A stretch of 64,000 nucleotides of DNA from Laetmonice hystrix (Eukaryota): the NCBI GenBank assembly GCA_965235115.1, contig OZ249436.1, positions 33,358,001 through 33,422,000 of the forward strand, read 5' to 3'. The stretch's first letter is position 1. Each line of letters begins with the position of its first letter. A model generated the notes under the pieces. It was not told the DNA's origin. It was given only the letters and a program-made list of their open reading frames with translations, and did no database searches. The position numbers were made by a program, and so were the translations under genes. This document shows positions 23,431-37,180 of this stretch, in pieces.

Positions 23431-26400
23431 CGTAGCAGCAGTGCGGATCCTGTCAAAGACATAACACTCTAATGTCGCCAAAGAATAAACGGAATGTCTC
23501 TGTTCCACGAAGGGAAGTTTCATATCCTTTGACTGCTTGACGATTTAAAAGGTATCATTAGTTCTGGGTGGCAAGGAGATAACTGTCGTGTTGACAGAGC
23601 GGCACAGTATTAACGGTAAAAGCTTGACAAATGAATGATCGTCTTCAAAGTATTCTAAATGTAGATGATAGTGCCACAGTACATTGTTGAAAGTCAGGAA
23701 CCAACAGGTCGGGTGCTACCTTTGAGGTACATTTTGTATTTCATAGTTGGCTACTTATCCAGTGATAGGTACAGGTGCTGTTAGGAGCATGGTCTTACTG
23801 AAGTAAGTGTTCAGAGTAAGTTGGTAATGTATAGTTACCAAGATAGAACCTGCCTACTTGATTAAACTGATGAGATGCCAGGTACACGTGAAGTGGGGTG
23901 CTGATGGTATCTCTTGTGCCTGAGTCAAACTCCCAATTCGGTATACTACTACTATTGAAGAGCGTTTCGATGTTGAACTCAGCGACAGTGAAACGCGTGT
24001 AATATATAACTTGCCAGTACGATGGACGACTCTAATGACCTTCTAGTGTAGATAATGAATGCAAACATATTCTTGATACCTTTCTACCGAACTGTACGTC
24101 ACATTAATGTAATATATAAAAGACTGATCTTGTAAATACCGAATACGCCCATGTAGTTATGGGATAAAGGGATAGCTTTCAGTGATATTGAGCGGATTTT
24201 AAGTTAGTGTTACTAATGGTACGCTTAATGTGGTAATCTGAGGACAGGTTGTCTGTTGTAACCTGAGGAGAGGTTGGCGAGTGGGTCCCTACCTGTTGAT
24301 GTGACAGGTATGCCAGGTACGGAGATAAATGTGTGAAGGTTCTTTGCGTGTACGCCTGAACTAGTCGGGCAGCCGAACTACAGTATACAGCTCTCAGTCT
24401 TGTCACGCATGACGTGGAATTAGCTTGTTGGAGGGCTGTGCCTAGCCGGGATAGACGTGATTACGGAGAAAGTGCCCAAAGTAGGTTCCCATTTTTGATT
24501 CATAGAAATGTGCACCTCAAATAAAGACAGTTGACCCTGCGAAACAAGATTTACTCCCATGCAATTTCCCCTGCGTGCTGCCCTCACGTGTTGAGGTTGA
24601 GGAGTAGAGAAAGTTGTGCTGGTATATAGCATCATTCAGATTAAGGCTGGCAGGTGTTGTGTCAGAAGATATGTGAACAAGACCTGAGTGGTATAATCCT
24701 AAGCCACTTTACGGAGATGGCGGAGTTTAGGGAGGCTAAGCCTGTCAGTATTGATGATGTGATGGCCAAACGATGTGACAACACGACTTAAAGGCTCATC
24801 AGGGAGGGGAATGGACGGAGGTGGGTGTACAGGGAGGTGGGTACTCACTGTCAGGTGCGCCGAGGGCGGCCCATCTGGCTGGACTTACCGCCAGCTGGTC
24901 TCTGGCCAACCCAGATCATCCTTGACAATTGACAACCTGGGATATCTGCCCTCTACCTCTCTCGGAAATAACAAACAACAATCTATTGAATTCGTTTGGG
25001 TGCAGATGCCTTATTATGATAGTATCGCATTTAGGTTTATTTGTACAATAATTATGTTAGATAATGCTTTACAAAGCAGACTTCACAAAGTCCACTTCAT
25101 TGATATCACACGTTTACATTATTGATCCCCATTGACTGGAGTTTCAGGACGTACCAGAGAGGTTGACACAATCAGGTCAAGGCTGCCTGTAAGTGGAACC
25201 TAGAGAAGACAAAAGTGGTCTTAGTGGCTGGTCATAATGCTGCCGCATTATATTTTGATTAAAAAAATTACATATAACTAAAAATCAGCACAACATATTA
25301 TGTATCTTTTTCGGCACTTGCAATCAATCAGCGCTACTGGGACAGAATATTTTGCACAATATGTATTAGATTTTGTTGGAGAGAGGAGAATGACGGGAAT
25401 GAAGTGTTTTCCTCTATCCAGATTATAAAAGGATATATCAATGACAAGATCAAATGATGGTTTCACTATTACCGATAATGGAACATAATATTTTACCTTA
25501 AATAGAGCAAATCAAGGGCTAAAAATTAAGGGCAAATTTAAGTCACATTTGACCAATGTGGCCCACCTGATAGGGAAGGAATGCCATGATGGAGAAGGTT
25601 AGCCACTTGTTTCCTGTTTATTCACTGATATTAAGCCACCCTTGATCTGTCCAGCGTGACACGGGATGCAGAGAACTGACAGCGTTAGGTAGCAAGGCGG
25701 GAAATCAGCTCATGTCTTCAATTAAACCATTATCAGTGGTGCCTAACAATCTTTTCACCAGCTCAGCTTCGAGCCTGATGCTGTGTGTATACATTGGGCG
25801 CAGAGCAGGTCTCCACGGAGCAGGTCTGCGCGGTGCCCATTGTCTGCAATGCCTTGAATTATCACTCAGATAAATCCTGATCCCAGGGTTAATTGGTGGG
25901 ACTAATCGGGATGTGTTCGTTAAGGACCTGGCGGCAGGGAGAGTTAGACCTAGCGGTGAGTGATGGTTTGGCACGGCTCTAGACGGGGACAGTGTGACTG
26001 ACGCTGGCTACATAAAGAGAAAGCCCCTGTTGTTGAACCCGAAACTTGACCTGAGCTCCAGACAATGCCGCTTGAAACGGCGCTCTAATCCGACTTGATG
26101 GGCAACCCTTAGAGACATTTTCTAGGAGGAAACAGGATTTTGCGCTTTCTGAGGAGCCATAGTTGAGGACTTTGTGGACCGATGAAGGCTGCATTGTGCC
26201 CGTCATGAAGCGCACATTTCGGACCATCTTGCACGTGGGAACGTTAATGGGCATGTGTTTCTCTATGGGATCCATGGCTTTGTCCAGTTGTTTGCAGCTT
26301 GGCGCCAAGAACTGGGTCACAGCAAACCGTGACGTCTTGGATCCTGTATTGATACACATGGGCTCCAAAACTGGTCTCTGTGAATCTCCTCCATTGATCT

Positions 26401-28985
26401 TGAATTGCTCTTGTCCTTTCCCGTGAAGAAATAATACACATATAGACCTCAGTTAGGAATAAAATCAACAAACCTCAATTGTATTTTTGCTCGACATGAT
26501 CTATATAGCTGCATATGGATATATCTAATTAGAATATATGTATTATTCCGTGAGGCGCTAACCGTTTCCAACGATGACCAAACAGAACACTCCACTGTTC
26601 CGTGAGTGCCACAATGCTGTGCTGTGATCTGAAACGTCTCACCGGCAGGAGAAATACCGACAGAAATGTTACAGAGGTACCCCAGGCTAACTATATAGTC
26701 GGATTGGAGTTTGGTTAGTGCAGTCAGGTCCCAAGTGTCCCTCTTTCGTTACTCCAGCAAGCCGAACCCCACACAACCTCACTATATCTGACACTGATAC
26801 AGCATGTCCAATCCTTAGGACTAATTGGTGTAATCTTAGATCGGGGCTGATTAGAACGCCAACAATGATATATGACATTTTCCTTAATGAATAGAACCTT
26901 GGGCCATTCCAACGGCCTCAGACGGTGCTAGTAAAACAGCCAAAAGAAAACTTTACTTTAAGGATTCCTTATAGTGTTTGACGTATATTCCTCTGGTGGC
27001 CAAGGATTTTTTTGAACTTTTAACTTTCTTGCAAGTCATTCCTATTACAGCATATTCATTTTTTTCATCTTGGGGCGGCAATAGGAGTTCTTTGATTTGG
27101 TATGACCATGGAGGGAAAAATATTTTCGTGGTTGCCCAGGCACTTTCCAATTAACTGCTTGTGCCTTTCATCTCTAGTGAGGTATTGTGTGGGTAGCTGA
27201 AGTGGTCTGCTGATTTATCCATATTGTCTGGCTATGTCACATCTTTACATCCATCAAAGCTAAGGTAATGATGCCTGCTGTCTGAGGACTGTGCTTTTTG
27301 TGGCGTTATGTGTAGCCAGCAGTTCTTCCTTGACTGGCCTTGCTTTCTCCAATCACATGGGACCGTTTGAAGTTGGCTGCCGCCTACCCACGCCTGGTTA
27401 TGATTGTGCGTGATATAAATGTGCCCTGTGTGCAGTGTTGCCAACGGGGGAAGTTAATCTGCCGCCTGATTTCAAGCTGCGGTTACTCTCCACTAAATCT
27501 TAGGTTTTAAGACATGGGGGTTTTATCCCTTGAATCTCCCGGAATGGCTTTGCAAGATGGGTCTTCAGGGACTAGTGGTGCTTTGCTAACAACGTAGCAA
27601 ACACGAATTTTATGGGAAATATTGGTTTCCAACATTTACAGAAGGTATCGTGTTTGGTGGTGTTGAGGTGGTGGTGTATTCGTCAGGGCGGTGGATCCAC
27701 AGGCTATGTTCATATACCCCCGCGAGTTCATATCCCCACCCTTTATACCCGGGTAATTCATATGTTATTTGCAACCTGAGAATACATATGGTAGCAGACA
27801 TTTTGCTGTGACTGCTGAAATAATGAGGCAGCAACATTTTTGACGGACAGTTCAGTGACAAGCGTTAGAACCATTCATAGAGGCATCTCTTATATTACTA
27901 AAGTAAAAAATCAATGACGACACCGGAGCCATCTTTTACATTTAAACTACAAAGCACAATTGATATATCAAAGACCATGTACTGGGCCAAAGAAGCTTTT
28001 AGGAGCACAGGTGAAATATCTGGTACTGACGTGGCGTGTTCTTTATTGACCAGCATTCCATCAACAGTTCCCGTTTCCAAATAAATATTTTGCTCCACAT
28101 CTGGCGTAGGCCTTGTATATAAACGTATAACGTTACTTTTTAGAAATCTGTTTGGAGTCGCATTCGTAAATATTAACTCTGGAATAAGTCCTTGCCTGGC
28201 TGACTATCGATCTTGAGTAAACGAAAATAGAAGACCATTTTTTTTAATCCATAATTTTAGACGCGGCTGTGGTATGGCCAGTCAGAACAAAAACTGGTGT
28301 TTATTTGTTATTCTTCTTACCAAGTTGATGTGCGTGTGTTAGCCTATAGGTCGTTTTTCCCTTTGGTCTATGTTTGTTATTTAAACTGAAGTCCACATAA
28401 TTCCCATTCCCTGCTATCGCCTCCCATGGTTCCCACCAGGCGCCGCTTTCACATGCCAATTAACACTTTGTTTACTGTAAACCAATTTCCTGATGTTCCT
28501 AGGAAACCAGACCCCGTATTAGAATCCTGTGAGGCCGGTGTTTGAGGTTGACTGCAGCAGATCCAGCAGAGATCCAGAATTCTCCAATCCTCCCTCTCCC
28601 TCTACACCCGTCACCGTCACGTCGGTATTAGATGTCGGCAGACCGTTTGATCTGGCCTGGTGCTGGGATCAGCCACCCGTAGTTGGCAGAGTCGGTCTAT
28701 CAAACAATGATTACTCTTTGACAGCGGGTTTTGTTTTGTTTATCGCCATTTGTTGGTTCGATGTATTGTCCTAAGAGACAATAAGATGACAGGCTCTTGT
28801 TTTCCCCTGATTGACTGTACATGTTGAGCGTTCACAGGACAACAGAACGCTGGGGCTTGATCCACCAGCTGCTGTCCGCCATCGTTTAAAACATGACATA
28901 CCCGGCCAGTCACGTCTTCATCTGCCCATCATAGCAGCTGGTGGAAATATCAATAAACAACTGAAGAGACAGCCATACCGTATCT

Positions 28986-28986
<1 letters not shown>

Positions 28987-29061
<75 letters not shown>
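28987..29061. repeat. (AGC)25 trinucleotide microsatellite
   Basis: Uninterrupted CAG/CTG run. Confidence 0.97.
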
Positions 29062-30351
29062 TGTACTGTCGTGAAAATACCTGTTCTGTGTAGAGAACGT
29101 GGATGTCAAAAGTTTTACCTGGATTCTCGTGGGATCGGATATAGCTTTCCTTTTCAGACTCAATGCATCATTTTCTTTCGTGAGCCGAGGGATGGGTTCA
29201 GTTGTGAGAAGTGAAAATCTTTCACGAAAAGAATATCAGGCTAAGTTTGTTTCCATTCATTGTGAAATGATCTGATTAGTTTCCTCTTGCCAAGTGTGAA
29301 CAGTGTGAACAGGTATCCCGACATAGAGCTAGAGAGTTATTGTCAATGTTGGCGGCCGGTTACCATGTGTTCCGGTATAGGAGCGAAGAATTCAATGTGA
29401 AGCTGCTCCTCTGCTGTAGTCGAACACATGTCACTTAGACACTCCTTAGCTAAATTTTCACAGAGAAGGTAGGATTAGTAGTACGTACAATTTACAGTAT
29501 TATTGCAGTACGGTATATATTGCCACTTAGGCTGCACCGGTTGTATATGGAAATATCGATCAGAGATGCAGGCAGGCAGGTTTTGCGTAATGCATGTACA
29601 CTGTTGGACTTATATTTTCCGTTCTGCCGCATTGAGTACAATACCAGTGAAGGCAGTTGTCATCAGGATCTTCTGGTATTGTAGAAACCTGTGATATGGA
29701 AAATTTTACCATGCTTCACAAGCAGGAGTTATTTTGTATTGATTGTTATTTAGTTTTTCCTACTGACAAACAATGGCATATATTTGACCCCCAGTGATTC
29801 TTTTTGTTATAATTAAAGAAAAAGGAAAATAAATATTATGCCCTTGAGGTGTTGCTTGAAGGAGAATAAAAAGATATTATTTTATATGGAACGAGCCAAA
29901 ACAAAACAACCGCAGATGGGAAATATTGATCCTCATCTCACAAAGTGCTGTAGAAGCTGATTCGTATTATCTGCAACTGGTCTGGCTAACTTGGCTGCTC
30001 CATCTTCCCGCTCCGTATCTTGTTATTCCGCACAGTTTGAATGTAGTTAATTTTGTGTGCCGTGGCTGGCAGCAGGTATTTCCTCTGAGATTACCTCTTG
30101 TTTGAAATCACGGCCCTGCGATGAGAAACATGCCACGTGCAATTTCTTGGCCGCCAAATAGGATAACCGTATGTGTACGTGGTGGTGGCCCTGGGTGGTG
30201 TGTTTTCGACAGGTGGTCCTGCTTAGGTAAATAGATGCGCGCTAAGAATCGGAGGTAACAATCCCAGGGAGGGGGTAATCTGGGCTGTGGATGAAGCAGA
30301 TGCTTAGAAGGAGGAGAGATTTTGAGAAGAGGTGAGGTATTGTTAACAGTG

Positions 30352-30800
30352 AAAGGGGGGAGTGTGAAGGGTCACACTGTCAGTGTCTGAAGGGGGGAGT
30401 GTGAAGGGTCACACTGTCAGTGTCTGAAGGGGGGAGTGTGAAGGGTCACACTGTCAGTGTCTGAAGGGGGGAGTGTGAAGGGTCACACTGTCAGTGTCTG
30501 AAGGGGGGAGTGTGAAGGGTCACACTGTCAGTGTCTGAAGGGGGGAGTGTGAAGGGTCACACTGTCAGTGTCTGAAGGGGGGAGTGTGAAGGGTCACACT
30601 GTCAGTGTCTGAAGGGGGGAGTGTGAAGGGTCACACTGTCAGTGTCTGAAGGGGGGAGTGTGAAGGGTCACACTGTCAGTGTCTGAAGGGGGGAGTGTGA
30701 AGGGTCTCACTGTCAGTGTCTGAAGGGGGGAGTGTGAAGGGTCACACTGTCAGTGTCTGAAGGGGGGAGTGTGAAGGGTCACACTGTCAGTGTCTGAAGG
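30352..30800. repeat. 37-bp minisatellite, ~12 near-identical copies
   Basis: Unit AGTGTGAAGGGTCACACTGTCAGTGTCTGAAGGGGGG. Confidence 0.97.
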
Positions 30801-31410
30801 TGTTAAAGATGTGAGGGATTTGTTTTTATTACAGTCATCTTCAGTGTTGAGGTCAGCAGAAAAGGATCTTTGCATGATAAGCACCCACTTCAATATCCTC
30901 CATCGCCATAACGACGGAAATATGTTTCCTTATTTCCTTATAACTGAGATTATCAATGTTAAATGTGATTCGCCGATGGCAATGCCGTCAGTTGAAACTG
31001 ATAATAAACTTTTGTTACGCTTCAATAGTTCCGTACTTTCGCCGTATTGGTGCTGGTATCATCAGATACTTGGCAGGGAAGGTTAAATGGGATTGGTGCT
31101 GCGAAAAAAACAATATAAATCTCATTGTTTAAGGCCTCGTATATAGGTAATCTCCGCAGGGGAAAGGGTGGGGGAGCCCCGGACCCTCGTAATGGTTGGT
31201 AAATTGTATGTGGGCAATGCTTGCCTAATGTTGCGTCTTGGGCCAAGCAGCCTAATGGTCCGGCAATCAATGGTAACTCGCTTAGTGCCTCGACGCTTCC
31301 TGACATCTCCGGGTGAGCTAGGACGAAGACGTGCTCAGCCATTTGGCTCACAGTCAAATTGATGTGAAATTGATGGTTGTGGGATGGAAGGAGGCGTGAA
31401 TGGTGGAGTA

Positions 31411-31691
31411 ACAGACCCGGGCGGTCAGGGTTTGGGTGGGGAGTACGGGAGACAGACCCGGACGGTGAGGGTTTGGGTGGGGAGTACGGGAGACAGACCC
31501 GGACGGTGAGGGTTTGGGTGGGGAGTACAGGAGACAGACCCGGACGGTGAGGGTTTGGGTGGGGAGTACGGGAGACAGACCCGGACGGTGAGGGTTTGGG
31601 TGGGGAGTACGGGAGACAGACCCGGACGGTCAGGGTTTGGGTGGGGAGTACGGGAGACAGACCCGGACGGTCAGGGTTTGGGTGGGGAGTA
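31411..31691. repeat. 41-bp G-rich minisatellite, ~7 copies
   Basis: Unit ACAGACCCGGACGGTSAGGGTTTGGGTGGGGAGTACGGGAG. Confidence 0.97.
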
Positions 31692-31704
31692 TACGGCGGT
31701 GGGG

Positions 31705-31890
31705 GATGTGGTGTAAGTAGTATATAAAAATACGGATCTGTGGTGTAAGTACGGTATTATATAGTGGAGCTTTAGTGTAAGTAGTATATGAAAATAGGGA
31801 ATTGTACAGTAAGTAGTATGTAAAAATAGGGGCCTTGGTGTAAACAGTATTATAAAAATAGGGAGTTGCGGTGTAAGTAGTATGTAAAAA
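31705..31890. repeat. Degenerate ~30-35-bp tandem repeat
   Basis: Recurrent GTGTAAGTAGTAT.TAAAAATAGGG. Confidence 0.65.
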
Positions 31891-33712
31891 TGACGATCGA
31901 GGGTTCTCGATCGAGGGTTCTCGGCCGTGGTGGTGTAATTTAATACATTACCACTTACTCATCTACACTTTGCAATGTTCGAAGTGGGAATAAGTTGAGT
32001 GGTAGGCAGCCACTGAGATACAGATGCACTGGAAGCACATTTTATATCATTATTAAGTTTATAATTCGAGGATGGTAATAGAACGAATAAATATCTACAT
32101 TTAAAGTTACAACAGTAGGATTCGAATTTTCGAGGGTGCAACCTGTTGCTCTATTTGTGCACGCCGCAGCAATATTTGATATAGTGATGAAGATTTGGAA
32201 CGCCTTTCCTTTTCTTATCATTGCCTGCTCTATGTCTGCCTTGGTTTTAAATATATCACAATCTCAGAAGTGTAAGTGAATTTCATTTGTGATTACTGAA
32301 ATCCTGTCATTCAGAGGTTGGACGTAGGGAACACATTTCTCATGTTAAGACGGTAGCAAGATGTGAATCGTTAGCTCGTTAAGTTAATTTGGTAACACGG
32401 TCGCACCAATCGTTCCTCTCTTCGGTATAAGGAGGTCAGGATGGTGAAATAGTGGGCACAGTTTTTCTTTTCTGGGTCAGCTAAAGCGAATCACACCATT
32501 TGCCATCTGTTGCTGGCACACCCATTATTTATATGGGCAGTGACTTGGGTGGTTGCTCTGCAGTGTTGACCCACATCTGGTCAGTCGGGTGGACGTTGGG
32601 TCGTTATGCCGCTAAGGCTCAGTGTATATTGACAGTTAGGCACGGCCTATCAGCACAATCTGATTACCTTCAGTCTATAGTCGGTGTATCGACAGCAACG
32701 TTATCAGGCCTGGCGCATCAGGCCTGAAGCTGTATCGAGCAGAGACCCAGCATGGTCAGGAGACCGTCCATCCTTCTCCCGTCTCCTCCTCATCCTCGTG
32801 TATAGATAGACCAGTAGCCGGCGGGGCTGTGCTCGGATGGTTGTAAGGGGGAAGGGTGACGGATATTCGGGGGGACTATGAGGTAGGGGTTCTTTCATCA
32901 GGAATGTCCTCAGGGTACGCATCTAGCAGGAATCATTTGTTGGCTCTTTATCTCTGCCTTGTCCTTCTGTGTGCGGTTTGTATGCAGTGGCTTTATGCAT
33001 TTTATACTGCTGCCGCATGCGTGTGTGTGTTTGTCTGTGGCGGGTGGTGTGGGTGTGTGCACAAGGGCATTGCCGGAGGACAAAAAGAAGATGTATGGAA
33101 ATATTGAGTGTCAGTTTGAATTACGGATACCAATCTGTTATTTTTGTACAAGGGGTATAACTCTAAAGACTTCATTTCATTTCGCGAAGTCCGGGTGACA
33201 TTAACACAAATAATATTGTAGCTGTATGAAACGCCACATATGAATGTGATGGGGATGACATGACTTTTCACAATGGTCAAATGTGCTTCTAGATTCCTTG
33301 ACGAATGAAAGCAATGAGCCGATCATTCCAAACTTAACTATATCACATATTTATTACGACCAGTATTACGTTCTAAGATATCATCTACTCGTATGTGTGC
33401 TGTCAATAAATCTGGTTCGAATTTAGTTTTAATTTTACACTCACGTTGTCTTGGGATGACATTTCTTCAGGCATGACCGGTATATTTACACGTGAGCAAC
33501 GTTGATATGGAAACGTAAGAATGTACCATGATGGCCAGGAATTCCCCATTTAGATTCATCACAGCAATGTCAAGTGGTTTTGATGGTCATTAATTTACAA
33601 TTTGAATAACATTGACAAGTTTTCATCGGATCGATTTCCAAATAATCGACTTGACCGTAAGTAGGCCATGTAAATGGCTCGGACAGAGTTTCTTCTTAAT
33701 TGGCTCTGGTTT

Positions 33713-33937
33713 GTGTCATAGTCATCCTTCAAACACAAGTAACTAAGGAGGACAGAGTGTCATAGTCATCCTTCAAACACATGTAACTAAGGAGGACAGA
33801 GTGTCATAGTCATCCTTCAAACACAAGTAACTATATAAGGAGGACATAGTGTCATAGTCATCTTTCAAACACATGTAACTAAGGAGGACAGAGTGTCATA
33901 GTCATTCTTCAAACACAAGTAACTAAGGAGGACAGAG
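33713..33937. repeat. 44-bp minisatellite, ~5 copies
   Basis: Unit GTGTCATAGTCATCCTTCAAACACAWGTAACTAAGGAGGACAGA. Confidence 0.95.
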
Positions 33938-36092
33938 AGGAAACAGATATCTAGTATAAACTTACATCGCATCCATTGATACGAGAGGCTCACGTCTATT
34001 GTTTTCCTGCATATTTTTTTTGTCATTTGGTACTGCACAAGAATTATTAGCATCCCTTTGTCTCCGCCATCCTAATGACAGTTGTTCCCATAACTTAGGG
34101 TTTTTTCTGTAACAATGGCGATAACTGATGATAGGTTTGACGTTGTGCAAAAACACTTTCACGTCTGCTGTCAAGATGTGTCCAGTATAATACATGTACA
34201 TTGAACTCTCTCAAATGATTCATGAAGTTTGTCAGATATAAATGGAAGTAGTTTATAAAAAAATCCACTTTCATTTCATATCTCATATATATCATTATCT
34301 CCTCGTGCTCTAATGAAGCGGAATTGACGGTTAAAGCAGCAGAAATGTCACAATATTTGACTGGCGCCAGTGGGGACTACGTCACTTAGTGTGCTTTGAC
34401 TTGCACTAGTGGGTACCTGAGTAAAGAATGATATTAGCCCTAGTGTAATATGATGGGTTTATTAAGGGGTCGTCCCATGAGGGATATTTGATATGCACAA
34501 TAACTTATAAGCCTCACCAGGCTTCAGTTCAAGGCAGCATTTTTAAGAAAGCAACGGTGGTGAATCTTTGATGCCTACTGGTTGTTGGCAACTGGTTGAG
34601 CCATTTGACAGAATCATTTCTTCACATATGCCATTTTTCAAATCAAATCGTTGAACAGTCCACTAGTGTATCAATGCTGTGGTAATGCATAATGTTGTCG
34701 GCCATACTTGACCGGGAGAGTTTCTACCCTGTCATTTAATTTCTGTCATATAGGCAGAATATTCGATGTCATCTACATTACAATGGAACTCAGTAATGAT
34801 ATTACCATTGTGGATAGCTGGTCGTATTAAATGTAAATCGAAATTGCAATAAAGAGATTTTTTATGGGTGATATTATGTTGCTAGGTTTCGATGTTGTAC
34901 GGGCCTGTAATTGGAAATGTCTGGGGTAGTTGTCTCCTAGGCCTGACTGATACAGAACTGTGTACCTTGGGGAAACACATATATTTTCCTACTTGTAGAA
35001 ATAATTATGTATGCGGCAATAGAAGGCCTCCATATGTACAGCTCGTAAAGACGGTACCCGGTACTTGTAGAAATGACAGGAATTCATATATGGCACCATG
35101 GTGTCTGGTCGCATAACAAGTCACAGTCTATGGAGACGCAAAACTCCCTGGTGCCCAACTTTGTAAAGTATAATGAAATCTGTAGTGAAGATTAATATGG
35201 GGGGGGGGGGGGTTGACAAAGGCTAAGGTTTTCTCGGGAAATAAAGAAGGTTTACTGTATGAACCCACGACTTGGGGCAGTAAGTGTGATTTTTACCTTC
35301 CACGGCCACCTTTACTAGGTGAAGGAAACCTCCAAATAATATATGAACAGAACTGTGCTATGGTAGTAATGCGTATTGGAGCAATACAGTGGAATTTGAT
35401 GGAGTGTATAGTGTAACGGTAGGAGGTGGACAATGCTCACTATTAGTGCAAATCTGTGCTTCACTTCACCGACATGGTGGAGGCTGGGGCTGGTTACAGC
35501 AGCTTGTGGCTGTCATATTGGTTTATCTGAGACTGACTCCTAATGCAAGTGTTATGTTCACACACACTGTGAAGTCGGCGGTGTGGCAGACCAGATTAGC
35601 CATAGCTGAAGTATTGATGTTGGAGGTACCGTACGCACCCGTATACAATGTTTGCTGGTAGTGGAGCCACGCATTGATCATATATAGGTGACTTTTGCAC
35701 GACGTTGATGATGCCATATATCTAGGGGACCATTGGTACCGTTTCTTACAGAGACGACCGGGAGGTAGGGCAGTATGGTTTTAGGGAAGCGCTAATTGTC
35801 AAAGAAAAACAAATATTATTACGGTATGTAAAATTGTGTATTGTTCCCGTTGTCTGATCAGCCTTTGAATGACCGCCTCGAAATGCCCCCAGGTGTTGCT
35901 GAGAGGTAATAGCCCCAATCCCATCTCGTCCCATCCAAGTGCGGAAAATGCACTTAGGAGTACCAGAATTTGCCGGACATTTTACATATAGTACTGTGTT
36001 CTTCCCCATACTGTACGTATCGATCCCCACACATATTTTTCATTCCCCACCCAGTTTAATGAATAAACTGTATCGTTGTGTGCAATACCAGA

Positions 36093-36444
36093 GACCGGGA
36101 CGCGAAAGTTTTTTTCCCACATTAGTTCTGGACCCCCCATTATCATACAGCCAATCAGACACAGGCACACATATGGCTATGGAATACCGGCGACGACATG
36201 CGAGATGCGAGACAGTGTGTTTGGGTTAGGGTAAAGGTTAGGCCTAGGGTTAGTGTTAGTTTTCATAGCCCAAAATTATTGTTAAATAGGCACTAATTGA
36301 TGAGCAGGGGATGTGTCAATAAGAAACATTCACTGACACTGTTCGGTCCCATATCGCGAGCGATAGAGTCTGGCGTTCACTGATTGGCTGAAGCTAGAAT
36401 GGGGTCCGGAACTAATGTGGGAAAAAAAATTTCGCGACCGGGAC
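36093..36444. mobile_element. MITE with ~60-bp TIRs and internal GGTTAG telomere-like repeats
   Basis: CGCGAAA.TTTTTTTCCCACATTAGTTCYGGACCCC...CAGCCAATCAG mirrored at both ends; TSD not clear. Confidence 0.7.
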
Positions 36445-37180
36445 AGCAAAGTGTGTAAGGATTTAAATTCATTGCATTTCCATTATTATTTCACATTAGG
36501 CCTAAGTAATCCATGATACCAGTGGTCATCCCATTTAAATGCAAGATATTTAGCATTTTTCTTCGGTATAAGATGCAGACCCTTATTATCGGCAGTATAT
36601 GTAACGCAGACTTGATGAATTAGTTCTAGCTTTAAGATTCTTGTCTAGTTTATCCGTTTGTAGAAGTCTAGAAAACCAGTATGAAGGCCAGTTGTCGGGA
36701 TGTACGTTGACCTGTACATATGCTACAATTTTAGGGGAAGGTGTGACGCTCACAGATTGACATGGTCACAGGAGAATCGTCTCATTTAAATTTACCATTG
36801 GGAACGTTTCAGTAATTTCTCCATTGTGAAATACAAATTTCATTAATAAATTTAACCGTCTTGAAAGGAAATCCCAGTAAAAAAAACGCTTCCAGTCATC
36901 TCGGGTATATCGTTAGGCAGGGAGAGCGAATTATGTCACTTGGCAAGGAATTAATCACTGAAGAATGTGACAATGCTCTCGCGTTGGTAATTCATATAGT
37001 GTAAATTACAATGATGAATAGGAGAAAATGGTAGGAGTGGAAATTCAGTCAACATTTAATCCCATATAGTAGTGAATTAATGAAAGTCTTTAATAGCACA
37101 GGGAAAGAAGTTTCTGACTACTGCGCGCATGAATGAGCTTAACGATTTCTATTCTTAGCACTCCGATTATGCATTAGTGG

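Noticed and set aside
23955..24000. GCGTTTC...GAAACGC hairpin as a hammerhead
   Set aside because: No CTGANGA core and no valid cleavage triplet or stem I
30352..33937. 37-, 41- and 44-bp repeats as CRISPR arrays
   Set aside because: Units are contiguous with no unique spacers; no cas genes; eukaryotic context
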